Origin: the human T2T-CHM13v2.0 reference genome, Homo sapiens | NCBI RefSeq assembly: GCF_009914755.1 | Contig: NC_060939.1 | Direction: 5' to 3' (one strand) | Length of the DNA stretch: 64,000 nt | Part shown: piece after piece, positions 1 to 15,000 of the stretch | Layout: each line of letters opens with the position of its first letter | Position numbering within the stretch: position 1 is the first letter of the stretch | Translations under genes and position numbers: made by a program | The notes under the pieces: generated by a model | The model's database searches: none | Told to the model about the DNA's origin: nothing | What the model saw: the letters and a program-made list of their open reading frames with translations, nothing else

Positions 1-3000
1 ATTTCCCTCCACTCCACTCCAGTTGATTCCTTTCCATTCCTCTCCACACATCTTCACTTAACTCCACTCCATTCCTTCCCACTACATTCTATTCTATTCC
101 ACTCCACTCAATTCCGTTCAGTTCCACTCCACTCTACTCCATTCCACTCCATTCTACTACATTCCATTCCATTCCAATCCATTCCATTCCATTGCATTCC
201 ATTCCATTAATTTCCATTCCACTCCACTCCACTTCATTCCATTCCGTTCCACTCCACTCTACTGCATTCCATTCCAATGCACTCCACTCCACTCCATTCC
301 ACTCCATTCCACTGCACTCCAATCAACTCCACTCCACGCCACTCCACTCCATTCCATTCCAATCCACTGCACTCCATTCCAGTCCACTACACTTCATTCC
401 ATTCCATTCCACTCCATTGCTTTCCACTACATTCCACTGCAATCCATTCCACTCCATTCTACTCCATTCCATTCAATTCCATTCCATTCCACTCCATTCC
501 ACTGCACTCCATTCCACTCCTTTCCACTCCATTCCATTCCACTCCATTCCATTCAATTCCATTCCATTCCACTCAACTCCACTCCACTCCATTCCATTCT
601 ATTCCATTCCATTCCACTTCACTCCATTCCATTGCACTCCACTCCATTGCATTAAACTCTATTCCGTTCCACTCCACTCCACTCCACTCCATTCCATTCT
701 ATTCCATTCCATTCCACTCCACTCCATTCCATTGCACTCCACTCCATTGCTTTAAACTCCATTCCACTAAATTCCAGTTCATTCCTCTCCACTCCACTCC
801 ATTCCATTCCACTCCATTTCATTCCACTCCACTCCACTCCATTCCACTGCATTCCATTCCACTCCTCTCCTTTCCATTCCCCATCCACTCCATGCCTTTC
901 CGCTCCACTCCGTTACATTCCATTCCACTCCACTCCACTCCATTCCACTCCACTCCATTCCATTCAACTCCATTGCATTCCACTCCATTCCATTTCACTC
1001 CATTCCATTCCGTTCCATTCCACTCTATTCCACTCCATTCTACTCCATTCCATTCCACTCTATTCCATTCCTTTCCATTTCTTTCCATTTCATTCCTCTC
1101 CACTCCTTTCCACTCCACTCCATTCCACCCCATTCCACCCCATTCCAGTCCACTTCTCTCCACTCCAATGCTCTCCACTTCATTACACTCCATTCCACTC
1201 CATTCCATTCCTCTCCATTCCACTCCACTCCACTCCACTCCATTCCATTCAATTCCAATGCATTCCACTCCATTCCAATCCATTCCATTCCATTCCACTC
1301 CATTCAATTCCACTCAACTCCACTCCATTCCATTCCATTCCACTCATTCAATTCCACTCCAATCCATTCCACTCCACTCCACACCTTTCCATTCCATTCC
1401 ACTCCAGTCCTCTCTACTCCACTCCACTCCACTCCAGTCCATTCCATTCAAACTCATTCTCTTCCACTCCATTCCATTCCACTCCATTCCATTCTTCTCG
1501 ACTCTGTTCCACTCCATTCCACTCCATTACATTCCACTCCATTGCTTTACATTCCATTCCATTGCATTCCATTCCATTTCACTCCACTCCATTCCACTCG
1601 ACTCCACTCCAATCCAGTCCACTTGTCTAAATTCCAATGCACTCCACTCCATTCCATTGCTCTCCATTCCATTCCTCTCCATTCCATTGCATTCCATGCC
1701 ATTCCATTCCATATGAGTCTACTCCACTTCATTCCACTCCAGTCCATTCCATCCCACTCCACAACACGCCATTCCCTCTACTCCCTTTCATTCCATTCCA
1801 TTCCAATCCACTCCATTCCGTTACACTCCATTCCATTCCTTTCCTCTCCATTTCATTCCATTCTATTCCATTCCATTCAATTAAAATCCATTACACTCCA
1901 CTCTCTTCCATTCCATTCCATTCCACTCCACTCCATTCCATTACACTCCATTCCATTCCATTCCACTCTACTCCATTCCATTCCATTCCGTTCCAATCCA
2001 TTCCATTACATTCCATCCTATTCCATTCCATTCCATTCTATTCCAATCCATTCTATTACACTCCATCCCATTCTATTCCACTCCATTCAATTCCTTTCCA
2101 TTCCATACCACTCCATTCCATTCCTTTCCACTCCATTCTATTACATTACACTCCACTCCATTCCATTCCATTCCATTCCAATTCTTTCCACTGCACTCCA
2201 CTACACTCCATTCCATTCCATAATATTCCATTCCATTCCATTCCATTCCATTCCAATCTACTCCATATCATTCCATTCCAATGCACTACAATCCACTCCA
2301 CTCAACTCCACTCCACTCAACTCCACTCCGTTCTGGTCCGTGTCATTCCATTCCTTTCCATTCCATTTCATTCCGTTCCTTTCCATTCCATTCCATTCCA
2401 CTCCACTCCATTCCATTCCACTCCATTCCACTCCATTTCTCTCTACTCCACTCCAATCCACTCCACTCCAGTCCATTCCATTTCATTCCATTCCATTCCA
2501 TTTCCTTCCACTAAATTCCGATCCTCTAAACTGCACTGCACTCCACTCTACTCCGTTCCATTCCATTCCGTTCCGTTCCATTCCTCTCTTTTCAATTCCA
2601 TTCCAATCCATTCCATTCCTCTAAACTCCATTCCAGTCAACTCCATTTCACTCCATTCCACTCCATTCCACTCCACTCACATTTCATTTCACCGTTCCAT
2701 TACATTGCATTACGTTCCATTCAATTCCACTGCACTCCGATCCACTCCACTCCGTTCCGTTCCAATTCATTCCATTCCGGTCCATTCCATTCCGTTCCAT
2801 TCCATTCCACTCCACTCCATTTCATTCAACTCCATTCCACTCCATTCCATTCCATTCCATTCCATTCCATTCCACTCCACTGCACGCTCATCCACTCCTC
2901 TCAGCTCAACTCCACTCCACTCTGTTCCATTCCGTTCCCTTCCATTCCTTTCCACTCTATTCCATTCCATTTCATTCCATTCCATTCCACTGCACTCCGA

Positions 3001-6000
3001 TCTACTCCACACAACTCCAATCAACTCCACTCCACTGCACTCCACTGGGTTCCATTCAGTCCCATTGCATTCCGTTCCTTTCCATTACATTCTGCTCAAC
3101 TCCATTCCATTCCACTCCATTCCACGCCATTTGACTCTTCCCCATGCCACTCCACTCCCCTCCCCTCCATTCCATTGCATTCCATTCCATTCTATACCAT
3201 TCTACTGCACTCCAATTCACTCCACTAAACTCCATTCCACTCCACTCCACTTCACTCAACTCTACTCTACTCCACTCCACTCCATTCCATTCCATTCCAT
3301 TCCATTCCACTGCACTCTGATGCACTCCAGTCAACTCCACACCCCTTCACTCCACTCCATTCCTCTCCATTCCATTTCACTCTATTCCACTCCATTCCAC
3401 TCCACTCCACTCCACTAAATTCCATTCCATTCCACTCCATTGCATTCCATTCCATTCCATTCCATTCCATTCCATTCCATTCCATTCTACTCCATTCCAC
3501 TCCGTTCTACTCCACTCCACTCCTCACCACTCCACTCCACTGCATTCCACTCCACTCCACTCCACTCTACTACACTCTATTCCATTCCACTGCATTCCAT
3601 TGCATTCCATTCCACTCCATTTGACTCCATTCCACTCTACTCAATTCCACTCCACTCCACTCCATTCCACTCCATTCCATTCATTCCATTTGACTCAATT
3701 CGACTCCATTCCACTCCACTCCCTTCCACTCCACTCCATTCCACTCCACTTCAGTCCATTCCATTCTACTTCATTCCATTCCACTACATTCCATTCCATT
3801 CCACTCCATTCCATTCCACTCCACTCCACTCCGTTCCATTTCACTCCATTCCATTCCATTCAATTACACTCCACTGCAATACAATCCACTCCACTCCACT
3901 CCGCTCCGATCCATTCCATTCCATTCCGTTCCATTCCTTTTCAATCCATTCCATTTCATTCCATTCCACTGCACTTCATTCCATTTCACTCCATTCCACT
4001 CCACTCCACTCCATTCCACTACACTCCATTCCATTCCATTCCATTCTATTGCACTGCACTCCGATCCATTCCACTCAACTCCACTCCATTTCCCTCCATT
4101 TCATTCCGATTCGTTGCCTTCCGTTACGTTTTGTTGCTTTCAACGCGATTTCATTCCACCCCAATCCATTCCACTCCACTCTATTTCACTCCATTTCATT
4201 CCATTCCATTCCACTCCACTCCACTCCACTCCACTCTATTCCATTCCACTCTATTCCATTCTATTCCACTACATTACTTTACGTTGTGTTCCACTACATT
4301 CCACTCCATTCCACTACATTCCATTCCACTCCACTCCATTTCACTCCATTTCATTCCATTCCACTCCACTCCATTTCATTCCATTTCATTCCATTCCATT
4401 CCACTCCACTCCACTACATTCCACTACACTCCATTCCATTCCATTCCATTCCATTCCATTCCACTGCACTCTGATCCATTCCACTGAACTCCACTCCACT
4501 TCCCTCCATTTCATTCCGTTTCGTTGCCTTCCGTTACGTTTTGTTGCTTTCAACGCCATTTCATTCCACCCCAATCCATTCCACTCCACTCCATTTCACT
4601 CCATTTCATTCCATTCCATTCCACTCCACTCCACTCCAATCTATTCAATTCCACTCTATTCCATTCTATTCCACTACATTACATTACGTTGTGTTCCATT
4701 CCATTCCACTCCACTTCATTTCACTCCATTTCATTCCATTCCATTCCACTTCACTCCACTCCACTCTATTCCATTCCATTCCACTACATTACATTATGTT
4801 GCATTCAACTACATTCCCCTCCATTCCACTCCACTCCATTCCAAAACACTCCATTCCACTCCTCTCCACTCCTTTCCACTCCTCTCCACTCCTTTCCACT
4901 CCATTCCATTCCATTCCACTCCATTCCATTCCATTCCATTGCATTGCATTCCATTCCATTCCACTCCATTCCATTCCGTTCCATTCCATTGCATTGCATT
5001 CCATTCCATTCCACTTCACTCCACTCCACTCCTTTCCACTCCACTTTACTCCATTCCATTCCATTCCTTTATTGTGACTGGATCTCCCTCTGTAACCCAG
5101 ACTGGAGTGCAGTGGCACAAATTTAGCTCACATTTCATTTCACCATTCCATTCCACTCCATTCCATTCCATTCCATTCCATTCCACTCCATTCCATTCCA
5201 TTCCTTTCCATTCCACTCCATTCCACTGCACTCCACTCCACTCCATTCCATTGCTTTCTACTCCATTCAATTCCATTCCTTTATTTCAACTGGATCTTAC
5301 TATTTCACCCAGAATGAGGTTCAGTGGCACAATCTTAGCTCACATTTTTCCCCATTCCATTCCATTACATTGATTCCATTCCACTCCATTGCACACCACT
5401 CCATTCCATTCCACTCCAATCCACTCCACTGCATTCCACTCCACTCCATTCCATTCCAGTCCTTTCCATTCCACTGCTCTCCGATCCACTCCACTCAACT
5501 CCACTCCACTCCACTCCACTCCACTCCATTCCATTCCATTCCACTTCATACCATTCCATTCCACTTCACTCCACTTAACTCCACTCCACTCCATTCCACT
5601 CAATTTTACTCCATTCCATTCCATTCCTTTATTGCGACTGGATCTCCCTCTGTAACCCAGAATGGAGTGCAGTTGCACAATCTTAGCTCACATTTCATTT
5701 CACCATTCCACTCTATTCCATTTCCCTTCCATTCCTTTCCATTCCACTCCATTCCACTGCACTCCACTCCAATCCATTCTCTTCCATTCTATTCCATTCC
5801 ATTCCATTCCTTTATTTCAACTGGATCTCACTATGTCACCCAGACTGGGGTGCAGTGGCACAATCTTAGCTCACATTTCATTTCCCCATTCCATTCCATT
5901 CCATTGATTCCATTCCACTCCATTCCACACCACTCCATTCCATTCCATTCCATTCCACTCCATTCCACACCACTCCATTCCATTCCATTCCACTCCACTC

Positions 6001-9000
6001 CACTCCACTGCACTCCACTGCATTCCACTCCAATCCATTCCATTCCAGTCCATTCCATTCCACTGCACTCTGATGCACTCCACAAAACTCCAATCCACTC
6101 CACTCCACTCCTATCCATTCCAACCCATTCCACTGCAATCCACTCCATTCCATTCCATTCCATTCTGTTCCACTGCACTCCGTTCCACTCCACTCAACTC
6201 CACTCCACTCTACTCCACTCCGTTCCATTCCGCTGTTTTCCATTCCATTCCATTCCACTCCACTCCATTCCATTCAACTCCATTCTACTCCATTCCACTC
6301 CACTCCACTCAACTCCATTCCATTCAACTCCACTCCACTCCATTCTTCTCCACTTCATTTCACTCCATTCCACTCTATTTCACTTCACTCCATTCCACTC
6401 CAGTCCAGTCCATTCCAATCCACTCCATTGCATTCCACTCCCCTCCATTCCATTCCTCTTCATTCCATTCCATTCCATTCCACTAGACTCCAGTCCAATA
6501 CACTCCACTCCACTCCACTCCATTCCACCCCATTACATTGCATTCCACTCCACACAACTCCATTCAATTCCATTCCACTCCATTCCTTCCACTGCATTCC
6601 GATCCACTCCACTCAACTCCACTCCAGTACACTCCACTCTGTTCCGTTCCATACCATTCCATTCCATTCCATTCCATTCCATTCCAGTAAACTCCATTCC
6701 ATTCCATTCCATTCCACTCCACTCCATTCCATTCCACTCCATTGCACTCCACTCCACTCCATTCCATTCTATTCCACTCCATTCTTTTCACTGCATTCCA
6801 ATCCACTCCACTCAAACCCACTCCACTCCACTCCACACTGTTCCATTCCATTCTGTTCTGTTCCATTCCATTACACTCCATTCTATTCCCTCCACTCCAC
6901 TCCACTCCATTTCACTCCATTCCACTCCATTCCACTCCACTCCACTCCTCACCTATCCGTTTTACTCCATTCCACTCTATTTCATTCCATTCCACTCCAT
7001 TCCATTCCACTCAAACTCCTTTCCACTCAATTCCATTCCACTCCATTCCATTCCATTCCATTCAATTAAACTCCTTTCCACTCCATTCCATTCCTCTCCA
7101 CTCCACTCCATTCCACTCTATTCCATTCCAATCCACTCCATTCCATTCCATTCAATTAAACTCCTTTACACTCCATTACATTCCTCTCCACTCCACTCCA
7201 TTCCACTCTATTCCATTCCATTCCACTCCATTCCACTCTATTCCATTCCATTCCACTCCATTCCATTCCGCTCAATTGTACTGCATTCCATTTCTCTCCA
7301 TTGCACTCCAATTCATTCCAATCCACTCTCCTACCTTCCACTCCATTCCATTCCACTCCACTCCATCCCATTCCATTCTACTCTATTCCGTTCCACTCCT
7401 TTATTTCGACTAGATCTCACTCTGTCACCCAGACTGGAGTGCAGTGGCACAATCTTAGCTCACATTTCTTTTCCCCATTCCATTCCATTCCATTACACTC
7501 CATTGAACTCCACTCCACTACATTCAATTTTTTCCACTCCACTCCATTCTATTCCATTCCATTCCATTCCACTGCACTCTGATCCACTCCACTGAATTCC
7601 ACTCCACTCCGTTCCGTTTCGTTCCATTCCATTCCATTCCGTTACATTCCATTCCATTCCATTCCACTCCACTCCATTCCATTCCACTCCATTCCACTCC
7701 ACTCCACTCCACTCCAATCAATTCCACTCCAATCCAATCCATTCCATTCCATTTCACTGCACTCTGTTCCTTCAGTCAAATTTACTCCACTCCACTCCAC
7801 GTCATTCCATTCCGTTGCATTCCATTCCACTCCGTTCCATTCCATTTCACTCCACAACATTCCATTCCTCTCTATTCCACTCCATTTCACTCCACTCCAC
7901 TCTACTGCAGTCCACTCCATTCCATTCCCCTCCAATCCACAACTCTCCACTCAACTCCAGGCCATTCCATTCTATTCCATTCCACTGCACTCCGATCCAC
8001 GGCACTCAACTCCACTCCAATCCACTCCATTCCATTCCATTCCTTTCCGTTCCATTCCGTTCCATTCCGTTCTGCTCCATTCCACTCCATTCCATTCCAC
8101 TCCATTCCATTCCACCTCACTCCATTTGTCTCCATTGCACTCCATTGCACTCCACCCTACTCCACTGCACTCCACTCCACTCCATTCCATTCCACTCCAC
8201 TCCACTGCACTCCATTCCATTCCACTCCATTCCACTCCACTCCATTCCACTCCACTCCACTCCACTACACTCCATTCCATTCCACTCCATTCCACTCCAC
8301 TCCATTCCACTCCACTCCACTCCATTCCACTCCACTCCATTCCATTCCACTCCACTCCATTCGGTTCCATTCCATTCCATTCCATTCCACTCCACTACAA
8401 TCCGATCCACTCCACTCCACTACAATCCATTCCGCTCCGATCCCTTCCATGCCATTCCGTTTCAGTCCTTTTCAATCCGTTCCTTTTCATTCCATTCCAC
8501 TCCATACCATTTCTCTCCTTTCCACTCCATTCTTCTCCACTCAACTCTTCTCCACTCCACTCCATTCCACTACACTCCATTCCATTCGATTCCATTCCAT
8601 TCCACTGGACTCCGATCTATTCTGTTCAACTGCACTCCTCTCCACTCCATTCCATTCCGTTTCGTTCCATTCCGTTTCATTCCGTTCCTTTCAACTCCAT
8701 TCCATTCCACTCGACTCCATTTCACTCCATTTCATTCCATTCCATTCCACTCCACTCCACTCAATTCCAATCCACTCCACTCCACTTCATTCCACTCTAT
8801 TCCATTGCATTCCACTACATTACATTCTATTCCATTCAACTCAATTCCACTCCATTCCACTCCTCTCCACTCCTTTCCACTCCATTCCATTCAATTCCAC
8901 TCCATTCCATTCTATTCCATTCTATTCCATTCCATTCCATTTCATTCCATTCCATTCCACTTCACTCCACTCCACTCCACTCAACTCCCACTCCATTCCA

Positions 9001-12000
9001 CTCCATTTTATTCCATTCCATTCCATTCCTTTATTGCGACTGGATCTCCCTCTGTAACCCAGACTGGAGTGCAGTTGCACAATCTTAGCTCACATTTCAT
9101 TTCACTATTCCATTTTATTCCATTCCCTTCCATTCCTTTCCATTCCACTCCATTCCACTCCATTCCACTGAACTCCACTCCACTCCATTTCATTCCATTA
9201 TATTCCATTCCATTCCATTCCATTCCATTCCATTCCATTCCATTCCATTCCTTTATTTCAACTGGATCTCACTATGTCACCCAGACTGGGGTGCAGTGGC
9301 AGAATCTTAGCTCACATTTCATTTCCCCATTCCATTCCATTCCATTGATTTCATTCCACTCCATTCCACAACACTGCATTCCATTTCATTCCATTCCACT
9401 CCACTCAACTCCACTCCACTCCACTCCATTCCACTCCACTCCATTCCATTCCTGTCCATTACATTCCACTGCCTCTGATCCACTCCACAAAACTCCAATC
9501 CACTCCACTCCGCTCCACTCCAATCAATTCCATTCCATTCCACTCCACTCCATTCCATTCCTGTCCATTCCATTCCATTCCATTCCATTCTGTTCCACTC
9601 CACTCCAATCCACTCCACTCAACTCCACTCCACTACACTACACTACACTCCACTCCGTTCCACTGCTTTCCATTCCATTCCATTCCACTCCAATCCATTC
9701 CATTCCACTCCATTCTACTCCATTCCACTCCACTCCCCTCCAATCCATTCCATTCCACTCCACTCCATTCCATTCCACTCCATTCTACTCCATTCCACTC
9801 CACTCCATTCCATTCCACTGCACTCTGATCCACTCCACTCAACTCCACTCCACTTCACTCCACTCCATTCTTCTCCACTTCATTTCAATCCATTCCACTC
9901 CATTCCACTCCACTCCATTCCACTCCTCTCCAGTCCATTCCACTCCACTCCATTGCATTCCACTCCCCTCCATTCCATTCTTTCCCATGCCCTTCCATTC
10001 CATTCCACTAGATTCCACTCAATACACTCCACTCCATTGCATTCCACTCCACACAACTCCATTCCACTCCACTCCATTCCATTCCCCTCCACGCCACTCC
10101 ACTCCAATCCATTTCTCCCCACTACATTCCATTCCACTCCATTCCACTCCACTCCATTACACTCCTCTCCATTACACTCCACTCCACTCCATTCCACTCC
10201 ATTCCTTTCCGTTCTACTGTGTTCCATTCCATTCTATTCCACTCCAATCCATTACATTCCACTCCACTCCACTCCTCTCCACTCCACTCCATTCCATTCC
10301 ATTCCACTGCACTCTGATCCATTCCACTCGACTCCACTCCACTTCACTCAACTCCATTCCTCTCCACTTAATTTCACTCCATTCCACTCCATTCCACTCC
10401 ACTCCATTCCACTGCTCACCAGTTCATTCCACTCCACTCCATTCCCTTTCATTCCATTCCATTCCGTTCCACTGCACTCCGATCCACTCCACTCAACTCC
10501 ACTCCATTCCATTCCACTCCATTCCATTCCACTCCATTCCATTCCACCTCATTACAATAATTCCATTCCACTCCATTCCAATCCACTCCACTCCACTCCA
10601 TTCCACTCCACTCCATTCCCTTCCATTTCATTCCATTCCGTTCCACTGCACTCTGATCCACCTCACTCAACTCCACTCCACTCCACTCCTTTCCGTTCCA
10701 TTCCATTCTATTCTTTTCCATTCCATTCCACTCCATTCCACTCCATTCCATTCCATTCCATTCCGTTCCACTCCATTCCACTCCACTCAACTCCACTCCA
10801 TTCCATTCCATTCCACTCCACTCCATTCCCTTCCATTCCATTCCATTCCATTCCAATTCATTCCATTCCATTCCATTCCATTTCACTTCACTCCACTCCA
10901 CTCCACTCCATTCCACTCCATTTTACCCCATTCCATTCCATTCCTTTATTGCGACTGGATCTCCCTCTGTAACCCAGACTGGAGTGCAGTGGCACAATCT
11001 TAGCTCACATTTCATTTCATCGTTCCATTCCATTCCTCTCCATTCCTTTCCATTCCATTCCACTGGACTCCACTCCAATACACTCCACTCCACTGCATGC
11101 CACTCCATTACATTGAATTCCACTCGACACAACTGCATTCCCCTCCACTCCATTCCATTCCACTCCACGCCACTCCACTCCACTGAATTCCATTTCTCTC
11201 CACTACATTCCATTCCACTCCATTCCACTCCATTACACTCCACTCCATTACACTCCACTCCATTACACTCTACTTCACTCCATTCCACTCCATTCCTTTC
11301 CATTCCAATCTGTTCCATTCCATTCTATTCCAGTTCATTCCACTACATTCCACTCCATTCCTTTCCATTCCACTCTGTTCCATTCCACTCTATTCCAATC
11401 CATTCCGCTACATTCCACTCCAGTCAACTCCACTCCATTCCACTCCACTCCATTCCACTCCATTCCTCTCCACTTCACTCCATTCCATTCCACTGCACTC
11501 CGATCCACTCCGCTCAACTCCACTTCACTTCACTCCCCTCCATTCCTCTCCAGTTCATTTCACTCATTCCTCTCCTTTCCACTCCACTCCATTCCACTCC
11601 TCACCAGTCCATTCCACTCCACTCCTTTGCATTCCACTACCCTTAATTTAATTCCTCTCCATTCCATTCCATTCCATTCCATTCCATTCCACTAGACTCC
11701 ACTCCATCCCACTCCACTCCACTCCACTCTGCTACATTGCATTCCACTCCACAGAACTCCATTCCACTCCACTCCATTCCATTCCACTCCACTCCACTCC
11801 ATTCCATTTCTCTCTACTACATTCCATTCCACCCCATTCTACTCCATTCCACTCCCCTACATTACACTCCACTCCATTCCACTCCACTCCACTCCATTCC
11901 ACTCCATTCCTTTCCATTCCACTCTGTTCTGTTCCATTCTATTCCACTCCATTCCACTAGTTTCCTCTCCACTCCACACGACTCCATTCCACTACAGTCC

Positions 12001-15000
12001 TCTCCACTCCACTCCATTCCATTCCATTCCACTCCACTCCACTAAATGCCCCTTCATTCCATTCCACTCCACTCCATTCCATTCCACTCCCCACTCCATT
12101 CCATTCCACTCCACTACACTCCATTCCAATCCACTCAACTCCACCTCACTCCGTTCCACTCCAATCCACTCCACTCCACTCCATTTCCATTCCACTGCAC
12201 TACAATCCACTCCTCTCAACTTCACTCCACAACACTCCACTCTGTTCCATTCCATTCCACTCCATTCCATTTCACTACTGTCCACTCCATTCCACTCCAT
12301 TCCATTCCATTCCATTCCACTGCACTCCGGCACACTCCACTCAACTTCACTCCACTCCACTCCGTTCCATTCCATTCCGTTCCATTCCCTTCCATTCCAT
12401 TCCATTCCATTCCATTCCACTCCACTGCATTCCACTCCTCTCTATTTCACTCCATTTCACTACACTCCACTCAACTCCATTCCGTTCCACTCCATTCCAT
12501 TCCATTCCACTCCATTTCAATAATTCCATTCCATTCCTTTCCACTCCATTTCAATAATTCCATTCCACTCCATTCCACCCCATTCCAATCCACTCCACTC
12601 CACTCCATTCCATTCCAGTCCACTCCATTCCCTTCCATTCTATTCCATTCCATTCCACTGCACTCCGATCCACTCCACTCAAGTCCACTCCACTTCACTC
12701 CACTCCATTCCTCTCCATTTCTTTTCACTCCATTCCACTCCATTCCATTCCACTCCATTCCAATCCTCTCCAGTCCATTCCACTCTACTACATTGCATTC
12801 CACTCCACACAACTCCATTCCACTCCACTCCATTCCATTCAACTCCACGCCACTTCACTCCACTCCATTCCATTTCTCTCCACTTCATTCCATTCCACTC
12901 CATTCCATTCCATTGCACTCCACTCCATTCCATTGCATTCCACTCCATTCCACTCTACTACATTCCACTCCACTCAACTCCATTCCCCTCCATTCCTTTC
13001 CATTACAATCTGTTCCATTCCATAATATTCCACTCCATTCTACTCCAGTCCACTCCACTCCATTCCACTCCACTGCTCTCCACTCCACTCCACTCCATTC
13101 CATTCCACTGCAATCCGATCCACTCCAATCAACTCCACTCCACTTCACTCCACTCCATTCCTCTCCACTTCATTTCACTCCATTCCACTCCTTTCCACTC
13201 CACTCCATTCCATTCCACTCCAGTACATTCCATTCCAGTCCATTGCATTCAACTACCCTCCATTCCATTCCTCTCCATTCCTCTCCATTCCATTCCATTC
13301 CAAACCACTAGACTCCACTCCATTACCCTCCAGTCCACTCCCCTCCATTCCACTCCACTACATTGCATTCCACTTCACACAACTCCATGCCACTCCACTC
13401 CATTCCATTCCACTCCACGCCACTCCACTGTACTCCATTCCATTTCTCTCCACTGCATTCCATTCCACTCCATTACACTCCACTCCATTACACTCCACTC
13501 CACTCCATTCCACTCCATTCCTTTCCATTCCACTCTGTTCCATTTCATTCTATTCCACTCCATTCCACTCCACTCTACTCCACTCCACTCCATTCTACTC
13601 CTTTCCTATCCACTCCACTCCACTCCATTCCATTCCACTCCAATCCACTCCTCTCCATTCCATTTAATTCCATTCCACTCCACTCCATTCCATTCCACTC
13701 CCCAATCCATTCCATTCTACTCCACTCCACTCCATTCCACTACACTTCACTCACCTCCATTCTACTAAATTCCACTCAAATCCACTCCCCTCCACTCCAT
13801 TCCATTCCACTGCACTCCGTTCCACTCCACTCAACTTCACTCCACTCCACTCCAGTCTGTTCCATTCCTTTCCACTCCATTCCATTCCACTATTGTCCTT
13901 TCCATTCCCCTCCATTGCATTCCATTCTATTCCGCTGCACTCCCGTCCACTCCAATAAACTTAACTCCACTCCACTCCGTTCCATTCCACTCCATTCCAT
14001 TCCACTCCACTGCATTCCACTCCTCTCCATTTCACTCCATTTCACTCCAGTCCACTCCATTCCATTCCACTCCATTCCATTCCTTTCCACTCCATTTCAA
14101 TAATTTCATTCCACTCCATTCCACTCCATTCCAATCCACTCCACTGCACTCCATTCCATTCCATTCCACTCCACTCCATTCCCTGCCATTCCATTCCATT
14201 CCATCCCACTGCACTCCGATCCACTCCACTCAACTCCACTCCACTAAACTTCACTCCGTTCTGTTCCATTCCATTCCATTCCATTCCATTCCTCTCCACT
14301 GCATTCCATTCCATTCCATTCCACTCCACTCCATTCCATTCCACTCCATTCCACTCCATTCCACTCCACTCCACTCCACTCCACTCCACTCCATTCCATT
14401 CCATTCCACTCCCCTCCATTCCCTTCCATTCCATTCGATTCTGTTCCACTGCTATACGATCCACTAAACTCAACTCCACTCCACTCCATTCCACTCCACT
14501 CCATTCCATTCCCTTCCATTCCATTCCACTGAACTCAAATCCACTCCACTCAATTCCACTCCCCTTCACTCCACTCCATTCCTCTCCACTCCATTTCACT
14601 CCATTCCACTCCATTCCACTCCACTCCACTCCTCTCCACTCCACTAATCTCCATTCCATTCCATTCCACTCAATTCCATTCCATTCCATTCCACTCCATT
14701 CCACTCCATTTTACTCCAATCCACTCCACACCACTCCACTCCACTGCACTCCTTTCCTGTCCACTCCACTCCACTCTACTACACTCCATTCCATTCCACT
14801 GCCTTCCATTCCATTCCATGCCACTCCATTTCACTCCATTCCACTCCACTCCATTCCATTCCATTCCACTGAACTCAAATCCACTCCACTCAATTCCACT
14901 CCCCTTCACTCCACTCCTTTCCTCTCCACTCCATTTCACTCCATTCCACTCCATTCCACTCCACTCCACTCCTCTCCACTCCACTAGTCTCCATTCCATT